The notes below the pieces were generated by a model. It saw only the letters and a program-made list of their open reading frames with translations. It was not told the DNA's origin and searched no databases. 54,427 bases of DNA from Salarias fasciatus (Eukaryota): assembly GCF_902148845.1 (NCBI RefSeq), contig NC_043762.1, forward strand, positions 29,154,760 to 29,209,186. Reading direction: 5' to 3'. Within the stretch, counting starts at the first letter, position 1. Each line of letters starts with the position of its first letter. Positions 1-10,701 of the stretch are shown here, piece after piece. The position numbers were made by a program, and so were the translations under genes.

Positions 1-263
1 GGTGGGCCGCCTCAGGATCCGGCCCAGCTCTTTGGTGAACTCGTAGTTGGTGTTGAGAGCCGGCGCGACTCCGTTCAACACCTGCGGCGAGGGGCGGGGG
101 GCGTCGGCCGCCGGCTCCAGGGAGTGGGCGATGATCCCCGCCAGGTCCGAGACGTGGATCCAGGGGAACGGCTGCCGTCCGGACCCCAGGGTGCCGCCCA
201 GGCCCAGCCAGAAGGGGAGCATCATCTGCTTCATGGCGCCGCCGTCTCGACCCAGCACCGCCC
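1..263 (-). CDS. sdr39u1: sdr39u1 (epimerase family SDR39U1) distal coding exon. The gene continues 3' past the window start. Encodes ...GAVLGRDGGAMKQMMLPFWLGLGGTLGSGRQPFPWIHVSDLAGIIAHSLEPAADAPRPSPQVLNGVAPALNTNYEFTKELGRILRRPT
   Basis: The hand translation of the minus strand matches the C-terminal half of human SDR39U1 ([44 protein letters not shown]...GVLNGVAPSSATNAEF). The acceptor ctcaaag sits at 264-270 on the minus strand. The plus ORF at 124-495 is the antisense artefact of this exon. Confidence 0.85.
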
Positions 264-346
264 CTTTGAGGACGGAAAAACAGATGACTTCATTAAATCA
301 GTGAACAGACGTGAGCGTGCTCTGGACAGCGGCGTTTTGTACGCAC

Positions 347-499
347 CGGGCCGAATGACGACTTGTCTGGTGCTTTTGGCCGTGTCCTCGGGAAGCTGCG
401 CGGCGGCCTCCCACTCTCTGACCAGCTTTGAGAGGAGGTCAAACGGAGTCCACTCGCTGTCCTCTGTATACTGGGCTGTCAGGCTGGGTTTGTAACAAG
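347..499 (-). CDS. sdr39u1: sdr39u1 coding exon. Encodes (A)CYKPSLTAQYTEDSEWTPFDLLSKLVREWEAAAQLPEDTAKSTRQVVIRP
   Basis: Matches human ...VAYYQPSLTAEYDEDSPGGDFDFFSNLVTKWEAAARLPGDSTRQVVVRSG. Acceptor ccctcag at 500-506 and donor GTGCGT at 341-346, both on the minus strand. Phase is consistent with the neighbouring exons. Confidence 0.8.
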
Positions 500-611
500 C
501 TGAGGGTCAACGAGCAAAACAAGGAGGATGCAACATGAATGGAGTTTTAAACTGCATGGCAATATATTTTACAGTATTGAAAAGCATTTCTCTATCAAAG
601 CAGCACATTAC

Positions 612-733
612 CGACTCCAGATACCAACACCCAGGAGTGAGGTGGAGAGGGTGAAGCAGCAATGGCTTGAGACAAAGCTTTTGTCGTGTCAATTCGACTG
701 GAGAACAAGTCCTTCTTATAGCTTTCGTTCCAC
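612..733 (-). CDS. sdr39u1: sdr39u1 coding exon. Encodes WNESYKKDLFSSRIDTTKALSQAIAASPSPPHSWVLVSGV
   Basis: Matches human RRWNETFQKEVIGSRLETTQLLAKAITKAPQPPKAWVLVTGV. Acceptor tttttctcttag at 734-745 and donor GTAATG at 606-611 on the minus strand. Confidence 0.8.
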
Positions 734-830
734 CTAAGAGAAAAACAGAATCACAGCTGCATATCAAAGCAGGTATCTGTAAAGTTGCATTCCACACAAC
801 AGACCATTGTTCGTTTCATCCGTGACTCAC

Positions 831-913
831 CATCGCAGTGGGTTCATGAGATTCTCTCCAGCCAGGTTAACGGCACCCTCGCACGGCGGGAGGCCATTGG
901 ACTCCAACTCACT
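831..913 (-). CDS. sdr39u1: sdr39u1 coding exon. Encodes SELESNGLPPCEGAVNLAGENLMNPLR
   Basis: Matches human DELAASGLPSCDAAVNLAGENILNPLRR. Acceptor ctgcag at 914-919 and donor GTGAGT at 825-830 on the minus strand. Confidence 0.8.
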
Positions 914-1003
914 CTGCAGCCACAGAGAAAAGGGAAAAGTGATATGGACTGCAGAAGTCATGTGATGGCGACGTGTGATGTGTTCACAAACAGCTCATCA
1001 TAC

Positions 1004-1144
1004 CCAGGTTATCTTTCCTGGACCGGGCTGCCGAGAGATCACCGTCACCTCATGACCTTTGTCCCTCAGCAGGCGGGTCAGTTCACGACCCACAAAGCCA
1101 GATCCCCCACCTACAAACACCCAACACAGAGAGGAATGCAAAAA
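1004..1144 (-). CDS. sdr39u1: sdr39u1 Rossmann-fold exon. Encodes (FLHSSLCW)VFVGGGSGFVGRELTRLLRDKGHEVTVISRQPGPGKITW
   Basis: Matches human MRVLVGGGTGFIGTALTQLLNARGHEVTLVSRKPGPGRITW, including the GxxGxxG motif. Donor GTATGA at 998-1003. There is no in-frame ATG between the upstream in-frame TAG (1145-1147) and the motif, so the start codon must lie in an upstream exon. The 5' boundary is either the acceptor tttgtag (exon from 1110) or ttatag (exon from 1144). Confidence 0.65.
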
Positions 1145-1299
1145 CTATAAATCCAACAGTTACATGATACACTGAACCTGGTTCAGAGAGCACATTTTTT
1201 TAATTAACCTTTTTTTTGCATTGCAATCAGAGATTCACTTTTATTTATCCTGCCCTCTGTATTATAAACGTACTGGCAAACAAAAACAAAAAAAAAATC

Positions 1300-1810
1300 A
1301 GATCTCATTTATGACATCCAGCTAGACTTAGTAAACACAGCTGCATCACCGCGCATGCGCATTGGACATTCTTACAAAACACTCCTGTGCTCAGTTGCTT
1401 TGAATAACAACTAAAACACACAGAGACCGGTTTCTGCTCTGAATCATAACGCTGACATGCTGCTTTAAGTGTAGTTGACTCGACAAACATGCTGTTAACG
1501 GAATAGTTTACCTTCCACATCAACAACTCCTGCAGCATTGCTATATGAGCTAACAGCTAGCTGCTGCTACTGTGTCACATTGACCTTTCCAGGCTCATCT
1601 GTGAAAATTAAAACCCTTAAAAAACGTACATACCGACTAAAACTCTCATGTCCGGTAAGTTCCCTTCAGATGTTGAATGAAATCGCTGGTAGTCGCAGCT
1701 ACTTATAACCTTATCTGCTCACAGTCCTGCTCTCAGTTTAGTCACATGAATTCAGCCAGCGGGGTTTGAACCATCACGCGCGCCGTAGTTTAGTGACGTC
1801 ATTCTGTAGT
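1300..1810 (-). promoter_or_regulatory. sdr39u1: Putative sdr39u1 5' region with promoter-type motifs
   Basis: NRF1 palindrome GCGCATGCGC at 1351-1360 next to a CCAAT box (attgg), and a full CRE TGACGTCA at 1794-1801. The region is GC-rich and lies upstream of the first coding exons. Confidence 0.35.
1512..1538 (-). CDS. sdr39u1: Candidate first coding mini-exon of sdr39u1 (MLQELLMWK), phase 0
   Basis: ATG at 1538-1536 on the minus strand, followed by a canonical donor AAG|GTAAAC at 1511-1506. It joins in frame to the ttatag acceptor at 1145. Hypothesis only. Confidence 0.25.
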
Positions 1811-3399
1811 ACATGAAGGCTCCGCCCCCTGCTGGTGTAGAGAAGGATTTACAGTTCATGTCACTGAATAACTGACGATTACATGTTTCAAACAAACTTT
1901 TCATCTCCAAAGTTTTCATCAGAAAACGTGTCTTAGTTCACATAATTAGTATTTTGTGATTTTTATAATGTATTTTAAAATGTTTCTATGTGTAATGTAA
2001 CAAATAGCCTCGATTACAATCTAAAGAATACTGCTTAATTCATCACATATAACATTGAACATGGAAATTTGCTATCTGCATTTAATCCATTATGGGGGAC
2101 ATAGTGCTGCTGCTGTGTAGATGGCCATGGAGGAGTTGGGGGTTCAGAGCATCACTCAGGGACACAGTGATATCCTGTCAACTCCAGGATTCAAACCTGC
2201 AATCACAAACTCACATCTTCAACCTGCAGGTATGCATGGGTGGTGGATGGATGGATGGATGGATGTTGAGACACAGATTTACGATTTTATGTAGATTGTT
2301 TTTTTTTTTTTTTTTACATTTTACATTAAAGGCCCACAAGGGATTCATCAAACAAATGCTCCAGCACAGTTTAACTTGATGTTTATGCTGTATTTTGACA
2401 AATATGATTTAGTAAATACACATTCTATTTGTAGAAACTCATGTAACAGTCATAAATTAGATGGAACCGTGAAAACAGCACAAGGGTTTTGCTGTCACTG
2501 CTTGGCATGTGAGGGTTTGTCTGTATTGTTTACTTTATCTGTTATTAATGATATAATAAAACTCTGCATGCTGCAGTTTGTTTATGTTCTTAAAGTTCAG
2601 CTATTTCCAGCAGCAGACTTTACCAGTCCATAAAAGCTCTGTTCAGGCCTCGACTCCTAAATACTACATCATTGTTACAGGAGCTTTTGCGTTTGAAAGT
2701 ATTTAAATTTAATCATGTCTGAATAACTCAAACAGACCAAAACAACACATCTACCTATTTGACATCCTGCTAACCAATGTGACTCCATCTGAATTTAATG
2801 AGTGAATCAGTCACCAGAAGTCATGACAGCTCAGCTAATGTGTCACAGCACATTATAGGACAACCTGAGGGAGAATGTGGAACAGAACTTTAACAAGTGA
2901 GTGGTGCCGTGTGATGGAAGCAGAAGTACTGGGGAATTTTAAAGTGAGTTATCTCAAAAATACTCATCTGCTGTTGTATAAAGGATGAACTTCTATTTAA
3001 AAGCACTTCATTTTCTTTAACTGTTGTTGATAAACTAAATGATATTTCACTTATGTTTACATTACCTTTAGAATACAATACACAATATACATTGTTGAGT
3101 TATTCATTCAATTTTACATGAAGTAATGCGATTCATATCTAGATATTTCAAATTTGAACTTAAAATTTAGTTTTAACGTAAAACTTGGCTGGTTGGGGGA
3201 AGCGTTTTAATATTTTCCATACATAGGCTATATGTATATGATCTATTGTTGTGGTCACGTGGATTACATGAAAAACACCTACTGTGTATATATTTAGAAA
3301 AAAACATTAATATTATCGCCAAAAAGAAGATGTTAACTGGATCAGGATCCCTGAAGCAGGTTGTTGTTATCAGGCTGATGAAAGGAGGAAGCAGCACCC

Positions 3400-3850
3400 G
3401 GAAGCTGCAGCCGTCAGCAGCACGTGGTCCTGATCAGGAGATAAATTGGGGCGCAGCTTCATTAACATTCTCTCTTCCTCGTGCGGCTGATGGCGGTCGG
3501 CCGTGCGGCGGCGGCGGGAGAGAATCCGGCCTGTTTTTAGGCTCGTTTATGGTGAGTGTTCGTGTTTATGTACCTGCTCGCATCATTTGCGTCGCTTTGG
3601 TGCGTTTGTTTTGTGCGCGCGCGGCTGTTTATTGCGGCTATTTGCGCGCGGATGTGTCGTCCGCATCCCCCGCGAGGCGCCACGACCTCGTGGTGTCGGT
3701 TAATGGGAACATCTCGCATTTACGAGCTGCCTCCCGGATGGTTATTGTGGATGCTGGACCGGTGTCTGGAAACGGGCGCATTTCTGCTGTTTTGCTGCGT
3801 TCACTGGTCTATAATCTGTAAACACAGAACGTTCCGCCGCGTCCTGTCCG
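3400..3850. other. CpG-rich island of about 450 bp
   Basis: High CpG density (gcggcggcggg, cgcgcgcggc and similar). It contains ATG|GTGAGT at 3548-3556. Downstream lie a small consensus-flanked exon at 4017-4052 (tctcttcag / GTAAGA) and an acceptor at 4518 (ttttgcag). Every reading frame through these is stopped. Confidence 0.4.
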
Positions 3851-5538
3851 CTCAGCTCTCCTCTCATGCGGTCAAACCTTGATGATGATCTGCAGTCCGT
3901 GTTTCACCTGAACCTCCTGATTACTCTCTCACTGCACTGATGGGTTTGACTCCATGTGGACATGAGACGTTTCCTGTGCTGCAGCGGAGACTAACCTGTT
4001 ATTTTTTTCTCTCTTCAGGGTTAAAGAACCAGAAATAAGAACACTTTGATAAGGTAAGATAGTGAGTGCACACCGCCACAGATCTGCACATCATTGATCT
4101 CCGTTACAGTCATCTGTAAATGATGATATGACCTCATACTAGATTAATGTAGGGAACTTGTTTTTCAATGCAACATCAGTTGATAAACTACCTTGAGCGT
4201 CTCTCTTTGCCTGCATCCCAAATTCTGGGTTTTGAAGCTCTAAAGTCGGATCATAAAGTATTTTACATGATACTGGTGGTGAGATTCTAGTGTGGGTACT
4301 GAATGTTGAACTGTAATATATTTCAAAGAATAAACTCTTGCTTTGGTTGTGTTCAGCTCTTCGGAGTACAGTAAAGACCCGTGCCTCCAGACCTCTTAGA
4401 TTTTGTGCTTCAGTCCGTTTCTTTATGGCAGAGTTGACCTCAACTCTGTCCTTGACTGTAAAGTTGAATTATTTGATGGTGAATAAATACTCATGTCTCC
4501 TTTTTCCTTTTGCAGGTGATGGATGCTCTGCGGGATTGTTGTGGCAGAGGTCATTGTTGATACTCAAAATTTTTCAAATGTTTGTTTTTCATGTGGAAAG
4601 ACTGACTTCCAATTGAGATGCACTGAGCTGTTTCCATTAAGTTACGTCGGTGAAATTAAATAAAATTTTACAAACGGTTTCTTTTTTCAGAGTTCTTTTT
4701 ATTGAAGGGTTTTCAGGTCACAAACGGAAGACAAAGTCCTGCCTTTACAAAAAGTATTAACTTAGTTGGTCCATAATTCTACATACAGTATTCACCCAAG
4801 AGTACATAAGTTAGACGGTGTGATCCAGCAGTGTTGCATATGAGCAAAATGGACATTCAGACATTTGATCCTAGCTCAAAGAACACAAGTTTTCAAGCGT
4901 TTCAAAGGCCTTTACCACTGTGACTCTTCATTAATGCAGAATCTCAAAGGCTCATAACGTCATGATAACCTATAGCCAACATTAGAAAGTGAGCAGTCTG
5001 TGTACCCTCGGTCTTAAATTAGTCCTAATAAATAAACTCATGGGCAACAAGTTAAGGACTGCTCTAAGCTCATCTCTCCACATGTTGCCAAAATAATTCA
5101 ATTTGTGCAGTTACCTCTAATTTTCCCTCAATCAACAGTAATTCAGTAGTTTCTCAAATGTACAGAGTATTGATTCATTCCCTGCTCCTATATGAACCTC
5201 TGGTAGTAACTTCTAAACTGCTTCAGGAACAAAGAAATCACAAGTTAGGAAATGGTGGTTACTACCTTTATAAGTACAGTATTCAGACTGGGGGAAATGC
5301 TGAAAAGTTGTGCAGCAGGTTGTGAGTCCAGCTCCCAACAGGTCAAAGGGGAAACGGAGAGCTCCATTAACATGTAGCTGGAGGAAACGATAAATCCAGT
5401 GTTCGCTTCATTAGATAAATGCAGCTGCAGATACGATTGCCATGGACAGTTGACTGATATTCAGAATCAACATCGAGCAATTCCCGGATCACGAACACAA
5501 AGCTTGTTATGATTGCTTCCAAAGTACAGTGCTACACC

Positions 5539-5544
5539 TTTATT
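5539..5544 (-). other. ltb4r: Polyadenylation signal AATAAA for ltb4r
   Basis: tttatt on the plus strand, about 160 nt downstream of the ltb4r stop codon in minus-strand sense. A second copy is at 5561-5566. Confidence 0.4.
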
Positions 5545-5702
5545 TGTTCAAAATAAAATATTTATTTAAAAAATAGTACCTTTGACTTTCAATCATTTAT
5601 TCAGAAAAATCCAGCCTTAGAAGCAGCACGCTCCACATGCAGCTTCACAAATGTTTAACTTGAATATGCTCACTTATGTACAAAGTCCGCTGAGTGTAAA
5701 GG

Positions 5703-5961
5703 TCACTGGATGACCCCATTCTGTGTGGAGGAGTTCGTGTTGCTGGAGTCGCCCACATTGTGTCCGTTGTTCCGCAGGACCCGGCTCTTGTTCCCCGTCT
5801 GCTCCGAGGCTGTGCCCTCGAAGAGTTTGGCCATGAAAGCTAATCCGTTCTGCTTGATGTAGGACTTCCCGGCGAAGGTGTAGAGGACCGGATTGGCACA
5901 GCTGCTGATGAAGGCCAAGGCGGAGGTGACGGCGCGGCTGGATTTAGCAATATGATCCAAT
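5703..5961 (-). CDS. ltb4r: Leukotriene B4 receptor (BLT family GPCR), last coding exon covering TM7 and the C-tail. Encodes (V)LDHIAKSSRAVTSALAFISSCANPVLYTFAGKSYIKQNGLAFMAKLFEGTASEQ...VIQ*
   Basis: The NPxxY motif and C-tail match human LTB4R (ALAFLSSSVNPVLYACAG...GFVAKLLEGTGSEAS). Acceptor gtgcag at 5962-5967 on the minus strand. The stop codon is at 5703-5705. Confidence 0.75.
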
Positions 5962-6563
5962 CTGCACCGAGACACAATTCATCCACCGGCCGTTTAGAAA
6001 AGAACCCGAAGCTGAATGATGGCCCAAACAATAAGAAATGGCAAATAACTATATTACTGATGCAATCATGCAGATTCTGCCACTTTCTGTGTTTGCCGTG
6101 TTTTTCTGATGACTTTTTCAAGTTTTCGACATCTACTCATCCCCAAAACTTGCTGAAGCTTGTTTACTTCCTGCTGAGGATGACTCAGCGCCACAGTGAA
6201 GGGTTTAAAGCGCCTGACTCAGATTTATTATCAATACGGAAAGTTTCAGATATCAGTCACAGCGATATTGGCAGAAAATTTCTTCTTTCTGTTTTTTAAG
6301 AAGAAAAAATTCCAGCCAAGATGCAAGTTTTGCAAGTAAAAATGGTCAATAAAAGCAGTTTCACATAATGCCTGAAACAGTGAGAAACCGTCTTTGTGAG
6401 GGTTGATGTTTACTCACATTTCTCTCGTTGGTGAGTTGTCTGGGTACCATTCAGCCGCCACCTTGAAAAGAACAAACCACTCATCAGCTGTAAAGATTTG
6501 ACCAAAATTCTTAAATAGAAGCAGATTTTATATATTCAGATTACTTCAAACACATCCTCACAC

Positions 6564-6766
6564 ACCTGGATCATGTTGATCACATGGTACGGCAGCCAGA
6601 AGAGGCCGAACGTCACCACGATGGCCAGGATGAGGTTCTCGCTGCGGACCTTTCTCTGAAACTTGGTCTGCCTGAGACGCCTCAGGATCATGACGTAGCA
6701 GGTGATGATGATAACGTACGGCAGAAAGAACCCAGAAACGGTCTCGAAGGCGTACTGAAACCTGAC
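6564..6766 (-). CDS. ltb4r: ltb4r middle coding exon covering TM5, ICL3 and TM6. Encodes VRFQYAFETVSGFFLPYVIIITCYVMILRRLRQTKFQRKVRSENLILAIVVTFGLFWLPYHVINMIQ(V)
   Basis: Matches human LTB4R HRAFHLIFEAVTGFLLPFLAVVASYSDIGRRLQARRFRRSRRTGRLVVLIILTFAAFWLPYHVVNL. Acceptor ctgcag at 6767-6772. The donor is CAGGT|GTGTGA (exon ends at 6564, phase 2) or the alternative CAG|GTGTGT. The exact 3' end is uncertain by 2 nt. Confidence 0.7.
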
Positions 6767-7368
6767 CTGCAGACAGGAGGAGAGTCGTCAGAGTGACCGA
6801 GCAAGAACAGCTCAGGACAAGAACAAGCATGTGAGTTATTTCCAAGTTGGCAAAAATAAGGACCATTGTTGAGTTTTTATCATTTCCAGTAGGATTATTT
6901 ATCCGACAGCAGACGTCGTTGTTGTATTTCTGATGGAGAAACTGTAGAGGTCCCAGTTTCCTGGTTGATCAGAGGCTGATGGGCCTCCTGACCTCCACTC
7001 ACACCATAAAACACCACGAAACTTACTCCAGCTGACCAATAGACTTTGGATTTGACTTGTTATATAAACTTTCTTCTAATAAAGGTTACACTTTATCCAA
7101 TGACATGTATTTTTCCATTAAGGAGAACATGCAGCTGTGACGGCGTGTCGCCCATGGCGATGAAGTTACAGTGTTCTGCTGATTGACGTACGATGTTAGG
7201 AATTTACACGGAGAACGTGAGAACAGGTTTTATGGATCCATAGTCAAACCCGAACACAGATTTCCAGAGGAACTCACATTATTCTGGTGCAGTAAATTCA
7301 ACTGGAATGCTTGTGTTGTGATTTTTCCGACGAAAGGACTCATCAGTCGGTTTAAAACATTCACTCAC

Positions 7369-7947
7369 GTGTCGAGGGAGGGTGTGATTGGGCGCGCACA
7401 CCAGTCTCTTCTTGTCCTTCTCGTCGCTGTCGACCCTCACGTCTCTGAACACCAGCGACGGCAGCGAGATGAGCATGACCAGCACCCACATGCCCAGGAT
7501 GACCCTCCTCACGACCTTCCTGGTGATCCTCCGGGACACCCTGCGCGGGAACACCACGGCCAGCAGCCGGTGGATGCTCATCAGCGTGATGAGGAAGATG
7601 GAGGCGTACATGTTGGTGTTGCACAGGTAGAAGACGCCTTTGCACATGACGTTGCCGAACACCCAGCTCTGCTTGGCCAGGTAGATGATGAAGAAGACGG
7701 TGAGGGCCATGAGGAAGCCGTCGGCGCACGCCAGGTTGAGGATGAGCAGCGTGGTGACGGAGCGCCGCTGGATGCGCGCCACGATGCTCCAGACGACGAA
7801 GAGGTTTCCGGGGACGCCCAGGAGGAAGACCAGGCCCAGGATGAGGGCGCCCAGGGTGGTGGAGAAGTCATTGCTCACCACGCTGTCGTCCTCGTGGTTG
7901 GTGTCGTTGGGTGTGACGATGTGGAAGGAATGAGTGACGTTTGTCAT
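7369..7947 (-). CDS. ltb4r: ltb4r first coding exon (TM1-TM4). Encodes MTNVTHSFHIVTPNDTNHEDDSVVSNDFSTTLGALILGLVFLLGVPGNLFVVWSIVARIQRRSVTTLLILNLACADGF...RITRKVVRRVILGMWVLVMLISLPSLVFRDV...CAPNHTLPRH
   Basis: Strong match to human LTB4R ([38 protein letters not shown]...YASVLLITAMSLDRSLAV...RRVLAGIWVLSFLLATPVLAYRTV). The ATG at 7947-7945 has a good Kozak context (agcATGa). It is preceded by the acceptor gtgtctttcag at 7957-7967. Donor CAC|GTGAGT at 7368-7363. The plus ORF 7183-7980 and the other minus ORFs here are GC3 artefacts. Confidence 0.8.
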
Positions 7948-10163
7948 GCTTTGTTCCTGAAAGACACCAGATGCAGGTAGAAAATATGACATTCAGATGG
8001 TGTCAGCTGAAGAATAAGAACAATGATGGTTTTCACTTCATTCCTCAGGATCGGTGCTGGGTCTGTTGTCCTGATCACTCAGTCATCCTGATGAGTAATG
8101 GACATGTCGACATGTGATTCTGACTGAGCGGGCAGAGGAAAAGAAAATGAGGAAGACATTTCTAATGTTGAGTAAAATCAGTGCTTTCCTGTACTTGTTA
8201 TGTAATTTGTCTTCAAAAAGTATCTGAGTAATGAAGTAGTCTTCCATCTATAAAGCTGTACATTATTTCTTACTTACTTCTGACTGTTGAGCTTCGTCTC
8301 ATAACGAATTCATCGACGTACATCAGGTCATCTTCACTGAAGTAATAAGTTTGAAATTATGAAAGTTTTCACAACAAATATCTTTTAAAAGACTTCTGAT
8401 ACACTGTTTGACTGAAGTCATTTGAAGAGCATATAAAAAACATTCCTCTTCGATTTACTGCAGAAATGTTGGTGTTTGCACCAAATTTCTTGAGTTACAA
8501 AAACAAAACAAAACAGAAGAACAAAACAATTTCCTCTGGAAGGAAATTGTTTCTAACTGAATTAGGAGAGGAGGAAGTAAAATAAGAAAATACTGGAAGT
8601 AAATGTATTGTGCTTTGGTTCCTTTTCCTTTTTTTTTATTGAAATGAAATTAAAACTTTTGGGTGTGTCTGTTTCATTTGATGTTGGCGTCTTGAGGAGG
8701 ATTTTACATTAAAAAAAAATTATATAGAAATACTCCGATCACTGATGCCAGACTGGAGATGTTGTTTACCAAACTTTCACTTGTCTGACACCCTGACGCA
8801 GCCTCGAAAGTATGTGTATCAGAGCGGAGCGTGCAGCTCAGACTGCAGCACGCCAAAACACACCAAACTCCAGCAGCGCCGCTCCGAAGGGAAACTCTGC
8901 CTGAACCGTCCGCAGGTCACGTTCATTCATTCAACTCTTGCAATTTCCTCATTTCTTCCTCTCGCAGGATTATTTATCGCTGACCTTTCTCACGAAATAT
9001 GAGTGAAACGGCCACCAAAGGCCAACCAAGAAGATCATTTTGTATCCTGAAGCAAAATATACTAAATCCCCAACAAGCGCCCGAGGACCACGACAGAAAA
9101 ATGACACTGGTCATCCAATGTGACGAGAAGAAGAGATCACATCCCTGTTTCCTGGCTGAGGACTAATTTCCCGGCTCTGTTTGTATTCCCCTGGTAGCTT
9201 CCAGTGAGAGCAAATGGGTAAACAAAATGAATCAAAGCAAGCTTTACATCGGCAGTATGGAACTCAACACACATAATAAGTCCACAAATCAATGCTGAGA
9301 AGTGAAAACTGTTTCTCACAATAGAGTAACGCGGCTTTTTAGGATCATTCAGCTGTTTCCACTGATCCAAACTAGAGCAAGGTGCAAAGCACAAGAATAA
9401 ATCTAAACATTTTTGCATTTATTCAGAGATGTCTTTTAAAGCTTGTGAATTCAGAAACTCTTTGACAGACACAAAGACCAGTAAACACACCCTGATTTCA
9501 AAAGCAGTGAATATTAAGTCATGGGGCATCTTCATATTCCAATAATGTAAATAGGAAACAATAAACCGAAGACAAAATAGACTAAAGATCAGTGATGTGG
9601 GTGAAGCTGATTAAATCAGAGACAGGTGACAGAGGATTCAGGTGTGATCGCAGCAGAGGGAACTCACCTGAGTGTGAAGAGACGCCTCGCTCCTCTTGCT
9701 GTCCGGCTCTGACGCTGGTTCTGTCAGCTCTGCCTGTAATAAACTGAATCACATCCTGCCTCACAGGCTGGGACACGCTGGGCTCTGAGTGTGTGCAGGA
9801 GGGGTGTGTCTTTCTGTCACTCCCTTCTCCATCTCCGCTAAGCACTGTGTACATTTAACTCAAAATAACCGACCTGTGCGAAGAAAAGAAGGAAAAACAG
9901 TCACGTATCTCCTCTAGTTTCCAGTCTGTGGCGTCCTTTTTTATTATCATACATGCATTTCTGTGTGAAGGCAAGTCTCTAAATCACAAGCTGGTGTGGG
10001 GAGGAATTTGTGTCCTGGGGGTCTGTTTTTTTTTTTCTTTTCTTTTTACTGTGAGTCAACTATTGCGTAAAGACAGAAGTGAAGGTAATTGTAATGCTTT
10101 CTAATTCTTGCACAAGCTCCGTCGGTGTGATGACAGCAGACACGCAAGAGCAAGCATGCATAT

Positions 10164-10168
<5 letters not shown>

Positions 10169-10194
<26 letters not shown>
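10169..10194. repeat. (CA)n microsatellite
   Basis: Dinucleotide run seen directly in the sequence. Confidence 0.95.
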
Positions 10195-10199
<5 letters not shown>

Positions 10200-10648
10200 T
10201 GAAACCCACTAGTTCATACAAGTCTGCCTGGCTGGCAGGAATGCTGGTTTCCGCATGGAAAGCAGAAAAGTAATAAAAGAGCTGAAGACAACCTGGAATT
10301 TTCATTCTGCTGTTATATTCTGAAAGAGACATAGGACCTCCATGTCTCACTGCTGCCAGGCAGAGTTTATGCAACTGCACAGAAATCCTCATGCTATGTT
10401 TTAGTGCGCTGATAACACTATAGGACTCCTATACTGCAGCTCCATAAACTCCACAGAATGTTTTCAGTGTGGCAAATAAAAGTTGATCTTTGTCTTGAGC
10501 AGCACGGTGCAGAGAAGGCCGTATCTGAAACATCAAGGATGTTTTCAAACATGTGACTGTAATAAAGAAAGTAGAGCCAGACAGCAGCGCTTTAAAGTCA
10601 CAGTTCTGGATTTCACCACAGGAAGGCAACACGTCCACAGGAATCAGC

Positions 10649-10701
10649 TCTCCTCATCCTCCTCCTCCTCATCGTCCTCCTCATCCTCCTCATCCTCCTC
10701 C
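10649..10701. repeat. (CCT/CTC)n trinucleotide microsatellite
   Basis: tcctcctcctcatcgtcctcctcatcctcc... seen directly. Confidence 0.9.

Noticed and set aside
124-495. Plus-strand ORF of 123 aa at the window start
   Set aside because: It is the antisense of the sdr39u1 terminal exon. The minus-strand frame carries the conserved SDR39U1 C-terminus.
3246-3821. 191 aa ORF across the CpG island
   Set aside because: It starts at a non-ATG codon, is low-complexity and Ala/Arg/Gly-rich, and matches no known protein. It most likely reflects GC richness.
7183-7980. Long plus-strand ORF (265 aa) and further minus-strand ORFs (7361-7729, 7581-7871) overlapping the receptor exon
   Set aside because: They are antisense or alternative-frame artefacts of the GC3-rich ltb4r exon. 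Only the minus-strand frame gives a GPCR, and the other translations are low-complexity.
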